Positions 60,715 through 64,000 of a stretch of DNA of 64,000 nt are shown piece after piece. The notes beneath the pieces were generated by a model. It ran no database searches. It saw nothing but the letters and a program-made list of their open reading frames with translations, and was not told the origin of the DNA. Origin of the DNA: Dicyema japonicum (Eukaryota > Animalia > Dicyemida); assembly GCA_011109175.1 (NCBI GenBank), contig RDEW01000007.1, positions 309,712-373,711 on the forward strand, in the 5' to 3' direction. Each line of letters opens with the position of its first letter. Position 1 is the stretch's first letter. The position numbers were made by a program, and so were the translations under genes.

Positions 60715-61900
60715 TTGCTAAGAACCATCTAAATTCATCAGATTATGCGGACTTCTCTTGTTGTTAAAAGCCATCTTAATTCATCGGAAAACCCAAATCG
60801 AACGGCTGCCGAGCTTGACAGGCATGTTTCTGACGAGGATACTGATAGGATTTGTCCTCAGCAAAACAACAAGAAAATTCCTGTTTTACGAGTAATAATG
60901 TCTTCCTCAACAGCTGATTGTCGAGTTCAATGGATTGCCGCGCTCTTGACTCGGTCGTGTCCCTAGAGGTTGATATGCTAGTCTCTTGGAAGGGTTCTAG
61001 TCTAAGTTTGAAGAGGAAATAACAATGCCTGAGTTCAGAAGACTGATATACGCCCAAAAACGTCAACAATTACCAAGCATGGACATGATTCGAAGTGGAC
61101 CTCAGATTCAAAGCCTGATATGTCTTAGACATTTATTGAGGCCAAGTTGTATGCTTGTTGTGAACGTAATTTTATTGAGGAAATACGGAAGAATCAATCA
61201 ATTGACCATTTTTCAAGACGCCGTACAAAGAAAATTCCATATGTAAAAGTGGATGTGGATATCCTCGAATGCCTGAACCGTGCTCTTAATGCTTGGATTA
61301 AAGTCAATCACCCAACGTCAATTGATCAAATTTCCTCTATTATTTATGCTCGGCAAACAGCCTACCAAATCTTGCCACAAAGAAATTTGAGCCCTCAAAA
61401 TGATGGAAGATATGAATAAGAAAATTAAATAATGGAGATCACATTCTGTTTTTATTGAAAAATTTTTTACGAAGACTCTACTGACGAGAAGTTTATGGCG
61501 TGCCATGTTTTGTCTCTAGTTGGATAAAGGAAGAAACAATCCAGAGAAAGGGCCAGAATTACGTTTCTTATCCAAGATAAGATTACGTCATAGAGAACAA
61601 AATGTCGACATTTGAATCGAGGAAAAAATTTTGTATGGACAACCAACTGTCCCAATTGAATAGAAGGACCTTTTACAGGAACTTGAATTTAGGACAGAAT
61701 AAAAATAATTCCTCATTTGATAATGAAAAATGCGCTTATTTTTGGGAAGGATTATGGAAAAAAGGAGTCTAAATTCCGAAAGTTTTAATATCGGAAATAG
61801 AATGACGGTGTTGAAAATGTGTTTGAACAAACGATTCAATATTTTCCGAATTGTAAGTCCCCAGGTTGTGACGGGATCGACAATTTCTTCTTTTAGAAAT
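60715..61900 (+). mobile_element. 5' part of a second R4/Dong-type element copy (inverted relative to 37170-39910)
   Basis: Aligns by eye with about 38800-39910 on the opposite strand (MPEFRRLIYAQKRQQLP, LNAWIKVNHPTSIDQIS, SPGCDG). Confidence 0.85.
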
Positions 61901-61919
61901 TTACCAGAGGGACCAAATC

Positions 61920-63600
61920 AGTAGAAAAATCAGGAGACTGAACAAGACACTCCACCAAAAAGAACTACTTCGCAAAATCAATTAAGTATCCAAACTAAAA
62001 GATAATTCACAAATGTATTTGGCCGCTCGTTTACTACGCCACACAAACCGGAAAAAACGAATAATCATCAAAGACAAAAATGGCAAGACATTACTAATAC
62101 TGAAGATCAAGCGGAGGTAATTGCAACACATTTTGAGAACTGTTTGATGTGACTACAGCAATCTCCCATTCAAAGGAAAGCCTAGACCCATAAAAGAACC
62201 AATTACAATTTTGGAAGTAAAAACAGCATGTCAAAAACTAAAAAATAACAGAAGCCCTGACCAGATACGATAAACCTAGAATTACTGAAATACGGCCCTG
62301 ACCCCCTTTTTGAAAAAATCGCTACACTACTAAATGAAATGTTTTCAACTAACTCAACTTTGCCCTGGAAACGGATTACTAATACCTATACATAACACAA
62401 TAAACCCAAAGCAATATTAAAACTTACGACCTATTTATTATCAAATTCTCTACGGAAAGTCTTAGCTAACATTGTATTGGAACGAATAAAAGGACCCGTC
62501 TATGAATACCTACCCGAAAGTCAAAGTGGGTTCAGAGAAGGAAGATCAACAGCTGATGCAGTCTGGAGTCACAGATGGATATGTGCAACACATCAAAGAT
62601 ATTGCAATGCCACTCACATTCTAGGAATAGATCTATCAAAAGCCTTGACTCGGTTAACAGGAAAAATTGATGACAGTGCTGGGAGGGTTTATTGACGAAT
62701 CGAGTCTAAGAATGATTCATATCCTTCTATCTAACACAGAGCTCCTTGTGAGAGTTGGAAAAACCTACAAAGAGAAAATTTGAAACAAACACAGGCACTC
62801 CTCAAGGAGACTCCCTTTCTCCGCTACTATTCACAATATACTTGGAGGACGCTATGAGGGAACTGAGACCATTATACCAAGGAAAAATAGAAGAAGTGAT
62901 TTATTCTGATGATGTCGACCTAATTTCTAAAGACAAAGAACTCCTGGAGCATGTGCTAGAAAAAGCACCAGATATACTTGGGAAATGGTTTCTCACCGTG
63001 AACAGGGAAAAAAGAGAACGGACAGATATAAGACGAATGAATAACTCACTCGAGAGAAATGGAGACACATAAAGAAACTTGGCTCTTTACAAGGAGATAG
63101 CGAAGAAATCATTCGAAGAAAAAAATTGGCAAATGCGGCATTACACAGGCTGAAAAATCTTTGGCTAAAACGAAAGGGTATAACATAAAACAAAGGATTA
63201 TGTTATACGACACCTTCTTCAAACAATCCTACTATACAACTCTGGGACCTGGGCCACCTCTAAAAAGGAATTGGAGAGGCTAGACTCATTTCACTGGAAT
63301 CAACTATGAAACATAAATGGAATGTCCTGGCCATCCAATATCTCGCGGAATGGACTGTACAATAAGTGTGACTGTATACCATTAAGCCACGAGATCATTA
63401 GCTCTCGTTGGAGACTTTTTGGACATGTCCTGAGTTCGGACCCGATATCCCATCCGAATATCGCAATGGAAATTACTACTCCTCCAATGTATAAAGCTTT
63501 CGTGGAAGACCGAGAACTACCCTCCCGTCGTTCTACAAAACGATCTGAAAGCCGTGAAGAAAACATTAGCATCTGGTGACGGACTCACTGAGGGACCTAG
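61920..63600 (+). mobile_element. RTE LINE (RT and 3' end), frameshifted
   Basis: SQSGFREGRST, GIDLSKA, GTPQGDSLSPLLF, YSDDVDL, YNSGTWAT and RWRLFGHVL. Confidence 0.9.
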
Positions 63601-64000
63601 CAAAAAAGTGCAATAAGGATAATTCCTCCTCATTGAAACTTTCCGCAATCGAGGAGAGTGCAATAAGGATAATTGGACCAGAACACAAAATCCAGCCCAT
63701 TGAAAATTTCTTAATCGAATTACAACGGAAACTCTTAAAGGAGGCTAGTTTACCGAGCTGCCCTCTATTCCATACACTATCGAAATATCTACAATCATCA
63801 GAAATTTTGAGCCGATGCCTTGTCCAATGAGAAGAGCTGTTCAAGATTCTCGACCCCGCCGGACTCGTTCTCTCTTTTGTCAGTCTGGGATCACTTAGTT
63901 AGATGAGAACTTTTAATTCTTTCTTTTTGACCCAGTGATCCTGGGGTAATAATAATAATATGCTTGAGCTCTTCTTTGAGGTGATTTGAGTGACGCCGTC

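Noticed and set aside
63608-63674. CRISPR-like pair: 17-bp direct repeats GTGCAATAAGGATAATT around a 33-nt spacer
   Set aside because: Only two short repeats, in a eukaryotic context at an RTE junction with no cas genes; more likely a TSD or local duplication.

Overview
AT-rich eukaryotic genomic DNA, not prokaryotic. It comes from a metazoan with a compact gene architecture. Host genes: MCT/SLC16-like transporter, POU homeobox, tetraspanin, DDX56/Dbp9, PSMB5, a divergent homeobox, a BCR/ABR-like RhoGEF-RhoGAP, a PDI-like protein and a duplicated orphan secreted protein. All but the POU gene carry GT-AG introns of only 21-27 nt; I reconstructed about 27 by restoring reading frame and family alignment. 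Metazoan gene content plus such tiny introns is most consistent with a myxozoan-type parasitic cnidarian; this is an inference, not a determination. Much of the remaining DNA is decayed mobile DNA: RTE, CR1/Jockey/I, CRE-type and R4/Dong-type non-LTR retrotransposons, hAT (Buster/Charlie) and pogo/Tigger transposons, MITEs and two tRNA-derived SINE families. The assembly appears to have many homopolymer indels and has two single-N joins with duplicated flanks, so frameshifts are weak evidence for pseudogenes and many boundaries are approximate. Best leads: the miniature intron system, a palindromic twin CRE insertion, a retrotransposon resembling those I recall from microsporidia, a SINE-derived 98-bp concatemer and a duplicated orphan secreted glycoprotein.
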